Shown: positions 25,141 through 34,881, numbered from the stretch's first letter. The stretch is 64,000 bases of DNA from Bosea sp. (in: a-proteobacteria) (GCA_017307955.1 JAFKFV010000017.1:30508-94507); one strand, 5' to 3'. The notes: generated by a model not told the origin, from the sequence alone. Numbers and translations are program-made.

Positions 25141-27082
25141 CCTGATTGCGCTCAATCTGGCGCAGGAGGTCGTCGACAATCGCGTCCCGCTCGGCACCTC
25201 GAGCCACCAGAGCCGGCCCAAGCTCCTTTGCCAAGGAATTGACGCCGCGCTTTTCGATCGCCGACCCGATCAGGCTGGGGATCTTGGCGGCGGCGTCGCC
25301 CGCTTTCATGTTGAGAAGGCTGCGAATGGCGCCAGGCGTGTCGGTGCTGAGCGCGGTCTGCGGTGCAAAAGGATTGCCCAGAGCGCGCCGCGCGGTGGCT
25401 GAATTGGCGAGCGCCTGATTGCCGGTTTCTGCCATCGACTGCTCGCCCGTCAAGGCGTCGATGAGCGTCTGCGCCTTGTCACGGCCGAGCACATATTTGA
25501 GCTTTTCGGCGTTCCAATCGGCGTCGAGAAGAGTACGGCCCTTGAGCGCGCCGTTCCGCACGCGGCCCATGGCCTCGTCTACCGCGGCTCGAGTGCCGAG
25601 CTGGTAGGCCTCCCGCTCGGCTTTGCTCATGGCGCCGATGTCGGCTTGCAGCATGTCGGGGTGGACCTTTGAGGAGAAGATCTTCTGACCTTCCTCGAAA
25701 GCGTCCTTGACCGCCGAATCCGAGCTGAACGTTTGCCGCGCCTGCTGATAGGTAGGGGCCGCGTCCTCGATCGCTTCCAGCAGCTTGTTGCGCGTGTCAC
25801 GCAGCATGCCCGCCTGGTAATTGTCGCCACGCTTGGCCGCGGCTGTGGCCTTTTCGGCGATTTTGCGCTGGAGTTGGTGAAGTCGGTCGAAATCGGTAAC
25901 AACCGACTGCCCGTTGGTCATGCGGCTGCGCACCCACAAGAGGGCGCGGTCGGTTTCGTCGAGAAGGCCAGGACCTTCCTTGCCGGACACGATCTGGTTG
26001 ACGCCCGGCGCCACTTCGTCGTCAATCGCCTGAATGACCCGAGATACGTCAATAGGACCAGCCTCGGCGCGCGCCTGTCCATAGAGGACATCGGCGCTGG
26101 CCTTGCGCGCCGCGGTCATCTTTTTCAGCGTCTCATAGACGTTTGGGCGCTCGCCAAGGCTGGCATCAAATGCGGAGGCTATCCGGTCTCCGGCATTGGC
26201 CGCCCTGTCCTTGAGCGCCCCGATAACAGCCGGACGAGCCGGGTTGTCGCTCTGAGCAAGTTGCTCCGCTCGCAGCCGCAGCGATTCCGCCGTGTCGGCA
26301 AGCATGCCCTCGGGGCCGAGCTTGTCGAGCCGCGCTTGGATTTCAGGCATGGTCAGCCCTTCGGCCGCGAGATCGTTGGTCAGTTGCTGAATGGTGCGGG
26401 AACCGAACTGCGAACCGCGATTGGCAAAAAGATCGGCAACCTTGCTCGCGCCCTTCCCGATCAGGCGGCCGGCATAAGGCGCCACAGCGCCAACACCGGC
26501 GCCAACGCCAGCCCCGACCAAAGCCGCGGTCGGGTCGCCTTCGCTGCGAACCGCAGCATCAGCGCCGCCGAGCGCGCCGCCACTAATCGACCCCATGATG
26601 GCGCGCTCGGCAAGCGGCGCCTTGGACACGCCAAAAGCAGCCGGTGCGGCGGCGACCAGTGGCGCCGTGCCCAGGATCGCACCACCGACATTTCCTGCGG
26701 TTGAAGCGACCGGATGCTCGGCTGCGTAATTCGTATCCATGGCGTTCTGGATTGCGAGCGACTTGTCATATCGCTCGCCCCAGCTTTCGCCCTTTTGAGC
26801 AATGTCGTTCGGGCTGCGCGGCAGCATCCATTCAACGGCAGGAGCAAGCGTTGCGTTGGTCGCCGCTTCCATTTTGTTGAGCAAACCGCCCACAACGGGC
26901 ACTCCGGTCGCGACCGAACGCATGACATTGTTCGGAGAAATGGTCGTGTCCGTCGTGGCGCCATCAGGAACTGGAAGCCCGAATGCCCGCAGCACAGCCG
27001 GGTCCGTCACCGGCTTTCCGGGCGACGCCTGAAACTGTTTCAGGATATTCGGGTCTGTGACGCGCTGTCCGACCGAGGTCAT
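25010..27082 (-). CDS. internal virion/ejection protein candidate (690 aa)
   Basis: Large Ala/Gly-rich protein directly downstream of the 1299-aa protein, with a 4-nt overlap. Confidence 0.6.
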   Translation of the reverse strand: MTSVGQRVTDPNILKQFQASPGKPVTDPAVLRAFGLPVPDGATTDTTISPNNVMRSVATGVPVVGGLLNKMEAATNATLAPAVEWMLPRSPNDIAQKGESWGERYDKSLAIQNAMDTNYAAEHPVASTAGNVGGAILGTAPLVAAAPAAFGVSKAPLAERAIMGSISGGALGGADAAVRSEGDPTAALVGAGVGAGVGAVAPYAGRLIGKGASKVADLFANRGSQFGSRTIQQLTNDLAAEGLTMPEIQARLDKLGPEGMLADTAESLRLRAEQLAQSDNPARPAVIGALKDRAANAGDRIASAFDASLGERPNVYETLKKMTAARKASADVLYGQARAEAGPIDVSRVIQAIDDEVAPGVNQIVSGKEGPGLLDETDRALLWVRSRMTNGQSVVTDFDRLHQLQRKIAEKATAAAKRGDNYQAGMLRDTRNKLLEAIEDAAPTYQQARQTFSSDSAVKDAFEEGQKIFSSKVHPDMLQADIGAMSKAEREAYQLGTRAAVDEAMGRVRNGALKGRTLLDADWNAEKLKYVLGRDKAQTLIDALTGEQSMAETGNQALANSATARRALGNPFAPQTALSTDTPGAIRSLLNMKAGDAAAKIPSLIGSAIEKRGVNSLAKELGPALVARGAERDAIVDDLLRQIERNQVTGAIDRGTERAVQAALLLAGRPASEQTLVGRGNGTRTIPASP

Positions 27083-30000
27083 GGCGTTTCCTCGAAAATC
27101 TCATTCGGCTTGGTCGGATCGGGCATGACATAGGTCTTGCCATTGATCGTCTTGCGGATCGGGCCGAGATTGCTGGTCTTGTCGCCGATGACGCCGAAGG
27201 CTCGCAGGTACTTCTCGGGCGGATTGACGCTGTTGAAGTAGGCCGCGGCGCCGGTAATGTCGCCGTTGGTCTGCTGCACCCATTTGCCGAGGAACTCGTA
27301 ATAGTCAGCCTGGCGCTGCGCCGCAGCCTCAATTCCCTTGGTGATCTTGGCAAAGCCGTCCGGCGTGTTGTCGCCGCTCGGAACGGCGGACAGTGCCGTA
27401 CCGACGATCTGTGCGGCTTCGTTGCCCATCGACCGCGACAGCTCAAAGCCGAGGCGGGTCGAAAGCTTGTTAAGGTCTTCGATGGAGCCAATCGTCTCTG
27501 GGTCGATAGGACTGGCGCCCACGGTTGCCAGGGCAGCATTCAGGTGTTTGACGATGCCGGCACGCGCCGAGAGGCCAGCACCCTGGTTGAGGATGCCCGT
27601 GGTCGGCAAATCCTTGACCAACTCGCGCATCTGCGAAAGCTGCATCATGGTGCCTTGCGACGCCTCATAGTTCAGGCGAGAGCGATCCATTTCGCTCTTG
27701 GTCTGATCCGAAGCAATCTGGCGGCCCATATCGCTGATGAGCATTCCGTTGATCGGAATATTGGGCGGCGGATCCTTGACAAAGGTGTCGGACTGCGCCG
27801 CTTCCTTGATCTGCTCCGGCGTGGACGGCGCACTTTCCGGACGGCCGGCCAGCGCTGCGGCGTTTTCTGCCGTGCCGCCGGTGACCGCGCCCGTGTCGAG
27901 CCTGTTGAACGGCGTGAGCTTGACCTCGCCCGGCTTCATCACGTCGCGGGTCATCACGCCAACCGGGGTCATTTCGGTCGGGAACTGAGCCGCCTGCGTG
28001 GCGACCTTGGTCTGCGCCGTCTGTGCCGTCTGCTGAGCAATCTCGGCCTGCAACCGCTTCGTGTCGTTGAGAAGCTGCTGAGCCGCGATATCGACGCGCT
28101 TGCCCTCGAGGCCGAGCTGACCCTGCTGAATCGAGCTTTCGCGCGCCTGATCCTTGCGTTTGCGCCACTCTTCCAGGCCCTGCAAGCCGCCAGTGCCGAC
28201 ATTGTTGGCGAAGTTACCGGACGTGCCGGCCATCATGCCAAGGCCCGCCGCGAGGAGTGACGCGCGCAGATCGTCGGAAGGGTTCTTGAGGCTGTCGAGC
28301 CCTTTCCATGCGGTGCCGGAGCCAAAGACGACGGGCGTCGGCCGCAAGATGCCATCGGCGTCCGGGGCCGCCTGAGCGCTGGTAGGCGCGTTGATGACGC
28401 CAGAGGCGGGGCTAGTCTGCGCAGATCCGCCCATGTCTTCTCCATAAGCAAACATGGTCGGGTTGTTAGCCCCGCCGATCGCAGAATAGATCATGGATTC
28501 CGGATAAAGTTCACCCGCCTGCCCATGTTCCTGCGTGATCAAGGCGCGCATAAACTTGGCAGCCGATTCGGGGTCTGTAAAATTGATGTCGTCGTTGGGG
28601 CCGATGCCCGCAGCTCGCGCGACGTTTATGGCCGCCTGCCGGTTGCCCGGCGTCCAACCGCCTTGGCCAGCGATGATGTCCATGGCGGTGCGCTTACCGC
28701 CGGCATACTTTTTGTCCAGCAGGCTATACATTGCGGCCATTCCGGCCTCGGGAGAGGCAAAAACCGCCTGAGGGTCGCCCTGGTCCGTGTTCTGGGACGG
28801 CCCAACGATACCGGGATAGTCGAGCGTCGGCAGGTACTTGATGTTGCCGGGGTTGTTGTTTCGCATGCCAGCAGGCAGCGTCGCTCGACGCGACTGATCA
28901 GCAAGAATGCCCATCAGCGGGTCGGCGTCCCGATTCGGCACCGCCGCGACAGGCAGCGAGCGCACTTCGACCGGAGGCGCAAGCGGCTTTGCGATCACAC
29001 CTTCCCCGTTGCTCGGCGCGACGACGCCGGGAGCCTCGAAAGGAACGACATTGGCTTTGACGGGGAAGGCTTCGGTCTTGACCGCCTGCCGGACAGGCAG
29101 CGACGCAGGCACGACACCTGCAACGCCGCTACCGGCCGCGCCAGCCATGACAGGGGTGATAACGGCCGGCGTCGGCTCTGGCATCGTCAACGGCTTCGCG
29201 CCAAGCGTGTCGGCAGCCCAGCGGGCGTCGAACTCACGATTGGACATCGGCAGGTCAAGCGTCTTTGCCCCTGCGGTATCGGAGGCAAAGCGATCGTTGA
29301 ACTCCGCCGGGGACGGCGGAATGATGAACTGCTTTGCCTTGGCCGTATCAGCCGCAAAACGATCGTCAAATTCCGCAGGCGAAGGCGGGATGATCAGCGG
29401 ACGCGCGTTGGCCGTGGCTGCATTGAAACGATCGTCAAACTGCTTCGGCGTCGGAGGAATGATCAACTCGCGCGCGCCAGCCGTGTCGGCAGCAAACCGA
29501 TCGTCAAAAGCATTGACGGGCGTCACGCGCGGCCGAAACAGGTTGCCGAGAATGCCGGATAGGCCGCCGAGCGCGCCGCCGGCCGCGTATGCGGGGAGGA
29601 TGCCTTCATTGTCGTTAGCGACATACCCGCCATCAGCAAAAGTTTCGCCCTGACCAACCGGGACGAGACCCGCCAGATTGCTGCGCTGCGTTGTCGAAAG
29701 CTTCGGGAACCAGCTTTCGGGGCCGCCAACCGGCAGCCCGGGCGAGTCGACGCCGCCGCCTGCGATCGGCAGGATGCCGGAGCCCTTCGATACGGATCGA
29801 GCACCCGCAACCGTGGTCGGCAGGTTCTCGAGATATCCTTTGAGCAGCTTCTCCTTGTCGTCCAGGCCCTTGCCCGAAATGTCCGTGGTGTAGGGGATGC
29901 CTTCCGGGATGATGCCGCCCGTCGCCCGGCGCGGGCGTTCCGCGCCCTCGGTGGCAAGGTCATAGTCGACGGTCTTGTAGCCGGCGCGCTCGCCGACGGC

Positions 30001-30978
30001 ATCGGGATGGTCTTGTTCGACCTCCTGCGCCATCAAGCCAATGTGGGTTTCGGGCTCGCCCTTGTAGCGGAACTTGTAGATGGTCTGGCCATCGAACGTT
30101 TCGCCGACGGGGATGACGCCCTCTTTCAGGCGGCGATCCGACCACGGGATAACGCTTGCGAGAGACAGAGCCCCGCCGAGGATGGCCGAACCGGTGTTGC
30201 CAGACGGTTGCGTACTCTTCTGCGAATAGCCGACCGTCGAGCCGAGGCCCTGCAGGATGTTGGCAAGCCAGCCCTGCGACTGGAACGGATAGCTCCGTTC
30301 AGCCTGGTACTGGCCATAGTTGAAGCCCTGCTGCTGATTGCCGGCCTCGAGCTGCGCCTGCGTCTGGGCAAGGTTGCCCTGAAGCTGGTTGGCGCCGAGC
30401 GTGCCGAGCGTGCCGGCCTGGGCATTGTAATTGCCGGCGGCCTGAAGCATGGCGGCCTTGTCGTTCTGCGCCGCGCCGAGCGCCGTCGAATAGCCCTGAT
30501 TGCGCAGATCGGCAATGGTCTGGTTGGCGGCAAGATCCTGAGCACGCGCGAGCTGCGCCTGAGCGACGCCGACACGATCGCCGCCAAACGCGCCCTTGGC
30601 GATGGCGTTGCCGATGACGCCCTGCTGCTGCTGAGCGTTCTGTTCGGCAATGTTGGCCATCGTCGCGTTGACGACGCTATCGGTGTAGGGCGACATGTAC
30701 TTGCCGACCGTCTGGTAGGTCGGCGTCATGGCCTGCGCATTGGCGTTTGCGGCCTGCTGGACATTGCCGGCTGCCGCGTCGTACCAGTTGTTGGCGCTCC
30801 CAAAGAGGTCGCCGATGTTCTTGTAGGCTGTCTGCTGGTCTTGCTCGAAGCCGCCGGTATAGGGGACGAACGGCTGGGCAGCAGTTTTCTGCGCCTGACC
30901 AAGCATGTCATTGTAGGCGAGCTGAAAGTTCGCCGGCAGCTTCTGCTCGGATGTCGAGGTGGAGTTCTTGCTACCCAT
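27079..30978 (-). CDS. giant virion protein (1299 aa): Q/N/A-rich N-terminus, internal S74-type intramolecular chaperone/autoprocessing domain, five 23-aa repeats, NNNPGNI-motif domain, coiled-coil C-terminus
   Basis: SDRRLKEGVIPVGE...YKFRYK...HIGLMAQEVEQDHPDAV...VDYD matches the endosialidase-chaperone (Peptidase_S74) pattern. The repeats are FDDRFAADTAGARELIIPPTPKQ-like. Confidence 0.8.
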   Translation of the reverse strand: MGSKNSTSTSEQKLPANFQLAYNDMLGQAQKTAAQPFVPYTGGFEQDQQTAYKNIGDLFGSANNWYDAAAGNVQQAANANAQAMTPTYQTVGKYMSPYTDSVVNATMANIAEQNAQQQQGVIGNAIAKGAFGGDRVGVAQAQLARAQDLAANQTIADLRNQGYSTALGAAQNDKAAMLQAAGNYNAQAGTLGTLGANQLQGNLAQTQAQLEAGNQQQGFNYGQYQAERSYPFQSQGWLANILQGLGSTVGYSQKSTQPSGNTGSAILGGALSLASVIPWSDRRLKEGVIPVGETFDGQTIYKFRYKGEPETHIGLMAQEVEQDHPDAVGERAGYKTVDYDLATEGAERPRRATGGIIPEGIPYTTDISGKGLDDKEKLLKGYLENLPTTVAGARSVSKGSGILPIAGGGVDSPGLPVGGPESWFPKLSTTQRSNLAGLVPVGQGETFADGGYVANDNEGILPAYAAGGALGGLSGILGNLFRPRVTPVNAFDDRFAADTAGARELIIPPTPKQFDDRFNAATANARPLIIPPSPAEFDDRFAADTAKAKQFIIPPSPAEFNDRFASDTAGAKTLDLPMSNREFDARWAADTLGAKPLTMPEPTPAVITPVMAGAAGSGVAGVVPASLPVRQAVKTEAFPVKANVVPFEAPGVVAPSNGEGVIAKPLAPPVEVRSLPVAAVPNRDADPLMGILADQSRRATLPAGMRNNNPGNIKYLPTLDYPGIVGPSQNTDQGDPQAVFASPEAGMAAMYSLLDKKYAGGKRTAMDIIAGQGGWTPGNRQAAINVARAAGIGPNDDINFTDPESAAKFMRALITQEHGQAGELYPESMIYSAIGGANNPTMFAYGEDMGGSAQTSPASGVINAPTSAQAAPDADGILRPTPVVFGSGTAWKGLDSLKNPSDDLRASLLAAGLGMMAGTSGNFANNVGTGGLQGLEEWRKRKDQARESSIQQGQLGLEGKRVDIAAQQLLNDTKRLQAEIAQQTAQTAQTKVATQAAQFPTEMTPVGVMTRDVMKPGEVKLTPFNRLDTGAVTGGTAENAAALAGRPESAPSTPEQIKEAAQSDTFVKDPPPNIPINGMLISDMGRQIASDQTKSEMDRSRLNYEASQGTMMQLSQMRELVKDLPTTGILNQGAGLSARAGIVKHLNAALATVGASPIDPETIGSIEDLNKLSTRLGFELSRSMGNEAAQIVGTALSAVPSGDNTPDGFAKITKGIEAAAQRQADYYEFLGKWVQQTNGDITGAAAYFNSVNPPEKYLRAFGVIGDKTSNLGPIRKTINGKTYVMPDPTKPNEIFEETP
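29179..29517 (-). repeat. five tandem 69-nt coding repeats (23-aa units FDDRFxADTAxAxxLIIPPSPAE)
   Basis: Read from residues ~488-600 of the 1299-aa protein. The recurring aaacgatcgtcaaa strings are visible on the plus strand. Confidence 0.8.
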
Positions 30979-30985
30979 TGACGGT

Positions 30986-31474
30986 CTACCTGTCCTTGTC
31001 CCAGGCCGTTTCGCCGAGGAAATGACGGTTGTGGACGAAGTAAGCCCCGGCCTTTTCGAGACTGCGCTCGTAAAGACGGATCTTGGCTTCGGTGCGGTGG
31101 TTGCTGACGATGCCGACCATCAGCGGGACTTTCATCTGATCCGAGCAGTGCTTCGCAAACGCGATAAGCTGCTTGGCATAGTCAGACCGGCGATGCTCCG
31201 GCCGTACGAAATTCCACGACTCGTTCAGGAAGAACGCGTCCGAATAGTAAGGCTGGTCAAAGGCTAGATAGATGCTCGCAACCGGCGCCCCAACATCGCC
31301 GATGACGCCAATGATGGCGCCCTGCTTGTCGTAATAGCGTCGCAGGAACTGCTCAACGCGGCGGCGAGAAAGTGGGAAGAGCCCGTTCTCGTCGTGCAGT
31401 TCCGCGATCATGGACACAATGCCGTCCGCGTCCGCCGGCTCGGCGAAACGGACGATGGTCGGGTTATCGATCAA
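30986..31474 (-). CDS. GNAT family N-acetyltransferase
   Basis: FVRPEHRRSDYAKQLIAFAK...N..A..LYERS pattern of GNAT motifs A/B. The TTG start overlaps the upstream TGA. Confidence 0.7.
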   Translation of the reverse strand: MIDNPTIVRFAEPADADGIVSMIAELHDENGLFPLSRRRVEQFLRRYYDKQGAIIGVIGDVGAPVASIYLAFDQPYYSDAFFLNESWNFVRPEHRRSDYAKQLIAFAKHCSDQMKVPLMVGIVSNHRTEAKIRLYERSLEKAGAYFVHNRHFLGETAWDKDR

Positions 31475-31884
31475 CGCACAGGCCCCGGCAGTTTCGAAAG
31501 GGTCTTGATGGCTTCCTTGCGCGCGTTCAGCACGAAATGGCGCATGATCTGCATTCCGCGCTTGGTGTCACCGCCGCCCAAAGAGGTGACGACCTCGGGC
31601 GGGACCACATATTCGCCGCCCGCCGCCACGATCGGAACGGCGCCTCCCTTGGCGCGCTGCGGGACGCCTTGCGGCTTGGCGAACATGCGCTCGAGAACCT
31701 TCATTCCGGCCAGGGTGTTGCCTTCGCCAAGGGACGATACGACATCGGCGGGGATGACGAAGCTTTCGCCGGGCACATCAAGCGGAATATGGTCCGTTCG
31801 CCCCGCAACATGCGAGACGATCGCACCTTCATGCGGCTTCTCCTGCGCCATGCGAAGCGCAGCATCAATGGCCTGTTTGGACAT
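31471..31884 (-). CDS. hypothetical virion-module protein with internal duplication (137 aa)
   Basis: FVIPADVVSSLGEGNTLAGMKVLERMF and YVVPPEVVTSLGGGDTKRGMQIMRHFV are repeated within the protein. Confidence 0.6.
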   Translation of the reverse strand: MSKQAIDAALRMAQEKPHEGAIVSHVAGRTDHIPLDVPGESFVIPADVVSSLGEGNTLAGMKVLERMFAKPQGVPQRAKGGAVPIVAAGGEYVVPPEVVTSLGGGDTKRGMQIMRHFVLNARKEAIKTLSKLPGPVR

Positions 31885-31892
31885 CGGGAGCC

Positions 31893-32108
31893 TTATGGCT
31901 TGTAGAGAGGAATCTTGTAGGGCTGCCCCTCAACGGTCACGTTGAGATAGGCCTCGACATCGGTCGGCGGGGTAATCGCGCCCCCCGTCGCCGTGGTCGA
32001 TGTGCCGCCCGAAATGTTCGGAAGGCTGTTTTTGACCGCCTTTGCCAGGCCGGAAATCTCGACCACGGCGTTTTTCAGCGCCGTGACCAGATCGTTGACA
32101 TTGGCCAT
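31893..32108 (-). CDS. small hypothetical protein (71 aa)
   Basis: ATG 32108 overlaps the upstream TGA (TGATG). The track shows a longer in-frame ORF that I consider an artefact. Confidence 0.5.
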   Translation of the reverse strand: MANVNDLVTALKNAVVEISGLAKAVKNSLPNISGGTSTTATGGAITPPTDVEAYLNVTVEGQPYKIPLYKP

Positions 32109-34162
32109 CAGCGCGCTCCATCCGCTGCGCCACGGTACCGGAAGCGGCCGAGGCGCCACCATGTTCCGATATCGTTGGATGAGAATGTGAACCGGACCAT
32201 GCGTCCGCGGACGCGCGTATTGGCCCAGCGCGACGCCGAGGTGAAGGTATACGGCCCCTTGGGCAGCACGCTTGCCAGATCGGGCCAATTGGCCGTCTCG
32301 ACCAGCACATCGACGCGCGCGCTCGATGCCTCCGGCTCGACGCTGCGATAACCGTATTTGAAATCGGGCATAAGCAGATCGACGAAAGTCGACATCTGAC
32401 CGTCCGAGATCATGATCCAGCCGGTGCGAATGGATGGCTCCATTGCAGCGCCGTTGGCGTCTGGGCTGACCTCGTGCTGGAAGATTTGCCCCGTCGGCGT
32501 CCCTCCGATTGGATAGCCAAGGACGGAGGTGTCGATCCACGCCGAACGCGCCAGCCGTCCAAAGTCCCAGACCTGTTCCTTCAGGTTGAACTTGACATAG
32601 CGATCGATCTCACCAGTGCCGCCGGAAAGCGACGGGTAGTAGAACGCCACCTCGTCAAATACCGAATTGGCCGCAGCGACGCATTTCGAGGCGTTGTCAA
32701 GATCGATGTCCTGGAACACGTAGTCCCAGACCGGACAGACCATCGGAACAACCGCTCCACCATTCAGTGTGAAGAAATTGCCCCGGCTCATCCAGAAGAC
32801 TTGGCCATTGATCGTGGCGCAGGCATGCATGCCGATGAGACCGCATCCGTCGCCGATCTTGTTGAAGCCAAAGACGAACTGCTCGCCGACATACATCATC
32901 GACCAAAGGCCGATGTCGGTCCAGAACAGCGCCTGTTGCGAGGTTTGAAGCGCTCCGATGATTTCGGATCCTTCGGGGATGCGGTAGCCGCCGGCCTGGT
33001 TTGTCGTGGTCGGAGTGAAATCGGTATAGTCGCTGACATTCGACCAGCGGATATAGAGCGGGTCTTGCGCCCCGGTCGAGGCAACGGTCGTTCCCCAGCA
33101 GACAAGGATCTGCTGCGGCATCGCGACAAAGATGCCGTTGTTGTAGCGAGGTGCGGTCGTGACGATCGAAGCGGTGCCATAGCCGGAGCTAGGCGTCCAC
33201 TGATATAGCGCGCCACCCTTGGGACAGGCCAGCATGATCTGCCCCCAATTGTCGATCGACCAGTTTGTGGTGGTGATCGGCGTTCCGGGCGTGGTTGGCG
33301 TCGGTGTGCCGAGACCCCATGCGCCTTCGCCCCAGTCGCCTAGACCCCAGCCACCGCCGGCCGTAATCGGCCCCTTGGCGATCCAAAACTGAAAGTAGAC
33401 GTTTCCGCCGTTCATCGTCTCGGTGGCTGTCGAGGACGCGACGGTCTGAGCAATGAAGTGGAACTCGTCTGCCGAGGGAACGGTATAGACCGTGTAAAGG
33501 CCCTGGATGGTTATGCCGCCGACCGTCGTCGGTATCTCGAAATAGACTTCCTGCCCAACGGACAGGCCGTGATCCGGAAAGGTGACCGTCACCTCTGATG
33601 TTCCGGACGACGCATCGAACACCGGCAGATCGCCGCCAGCAGCCACTGTGGCCGACGCGTTCGATGCAGCAAGGATGGTGAACAGGTCGACGCTCGCCGC
33701 CGAGTTGATCGGGTAGAGCCCCTTGAGAATGAGGCCGCCGACGCTGACGGGCGTCGCGATATAGACGGAGTCAAACTGGGTCAGAGCCGAGCCGGTGGCA
33801 TCGACCGCAACCGCATTGGACCCATTAGTGGTCGAGAAGCTGGGAGCCTGCTCGATCACGCGATACTGCGGCGTGAGGTCCTGATAATTGGACTGCGGGA
33901 TCGGCCCCTGATCCTCGACGACAATCAGGTTTTCCTCGGCCCCAACGCCAAGCCAGCGCGCCGACGACAGATCCTGCCAGGCGTGCAGACACCGAATGGG
34001 AGAGGCCAGCGTCGCGGTCGTATAAGCCGCCCACCCCCCGAGTTTTTCGGGCATGCCGTCGCGAAACCGGATCAGGTTCGCGTCGTCATAGCTGCCCTGG
34101 TTGAGCATGGGCGTGTAATCGGCATTGACGCCGGGTTTGAGAACGAGGCTCTGAAATGCCAT
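32108..34162 (-). CDS. large tail structural protein (684 aa; tail-tubular/nozzle-like by size and position)
   Basis: ATG 34162 overlaps the upstream TGA (TGATG). Beta-rich sequence. Function comes from position only. Confidence 0.55.
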   Translation of the reverse strand: MAFQSLVLKPGVNADYTPMLNQGSYDDANLIRFRDGMPEKLGGWAAYTTATLASPIRCLHAWQDLSSARWLGVGAEENLIVVEDQGPIPQSNYQDLTPQYRVIEQAPSFSTTNGSNAVAVDATGSALTQFDSVYIATPVSVGGLILKGLYPINSAASVDLFTILAASNASATVAAGGDLPVFDASSGTSEVTVTFPDHGLSVGQEVYFEIPTTVGGITIQGLYTVYTVPSADEFHFIAQTVASSTATETMNGGNVYFQFWIAKGPITAGGGWGLGDWGEGAWGLGTPTPTTPGTPITTTNWSIDNWGQIMLACPKGGALYQWTPSSGYGTASIVTTAPRYNNGIFVAMPQQILVCWGTTVASTGAQDPLYIRWSNVSDYTDFTPTTTNQAGGYRIPEGSEIIGALQTSQQALFWTDIGLWSMMYVGEQFVFGFNKIGDGCGLIGMHACATINGQVFWMSRGNFFTLNGGAVVPMVCPVWDYVFQDIDLDNASKCVAAANSVFDEVAFYYPSLSGGTGEIDRYVKFNLKEQVWDFGRLARSAWIDTSVLGYPIGGTPTGQIFQHEVSPDANGAAMEPSIRTGWIMISDGQMSTFVDLLMPDFKYGYRSVEPEASSARVDVLVETANWPDLASVLPKGPYTFTSASRWANTRVRGRMVRFTFSSNDIGTWWRLGRFRYRGAADGAR

Positions 34163-34878
34163 CAGACCCTCGCCGGCCGCGCGACCGGGTTCGGCTGCGC
34201 CGAGGTCCAGCCCTCCGCCTGAAACTTCTTGCGGAATTCCCATGCCGCAGCGCTGTTGAGCAGCTTCGAATATTCCTGCTCCCAAGACACCGCCATCTGC
34301 GGGTCGGACGACTGTGCGCCGTAGTTCTTTTGAACACCGCCGGTCGCAAACACCATGGACGCCGCCATAAACAGGTCCGGCAAATAGGTGGTCAGCGGCG
34401 TGGTCGAGTTCGTCTCAGACAGCGGAACCGGCGTGCTCGTCCCTATGACTTCGATCTGATAGGCACCATTGGGCGTCGGCCCGACAATGGCCGTCGTGTC
34501 ATTGATGAGCGCCACGACTTGCGGGACGCCCGTCGTCCCGCTCGAGCGCCACACCCAATCGACGTAGTCGCGCGTCTGCATGGTGAGCGGCACGCGCGTT
34601 CCATCATCGGGGTTGACGATTCCGGCCGGCGTAATGATGTTGATGCCCTCAATCACGGTTACTGCGGTAGAGGGCAAGGAGATCGTGCGGGAACCCGCAT
34701 TGGTCGTCTGGCTTGCGTCCCTGACTTCGGCCGCAAGCATGTCGAGTTCGCGATAGCATCGCCCTTCGGCGTAAGCGATGATGCTCGGCAGGATCTGAAC
34801 AAACTCTGGCTGCGTTGGGTCTTGCTGCGCCAGGAGATTGGCAAGGCTGGCGACGTAGCTTGTATAGTCCATCGCCAT
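34162..34878 (-). CDS. hypothetical tail structural protein (238 aa)
   Basis: In-operon, coupled to its neighbours. Confidence 0.6.
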   Translation of the reverse strand: MAMDYTSYVASLANLLAQQDPTQPEFVQILPSIIAYAEGRCYRELDMLAAEVRDASQTTNAGSRTISLPSTAVTVIEGINIITPAGIVNPDDGTRVPLTMQTRDYVDWVWRSSGTTGVPQVVALINDTTAIVGPTPNGAYQIEVIGTSTPVPLSETNSTTPLTTYLPDLFMAASMVFATGGVQKNYGAQSSDPQMAVSWEQEYSKLLNSAAAWEFRKKFQAEGWTSAQPNPVARPARV

Positions 34879-34881
34879 CGG

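Noticed and set aside
27079-30978. Calling the 1299-aa protein a tape measure protein (siphovirus interpretation)
   Set aside because: No major tail, tail-tube, chaperone-frameshift or sheath genes are recognisable upstream. The gene order and partner proteins fit a podovirus-type internal/ejection protein better. This remains an inference.
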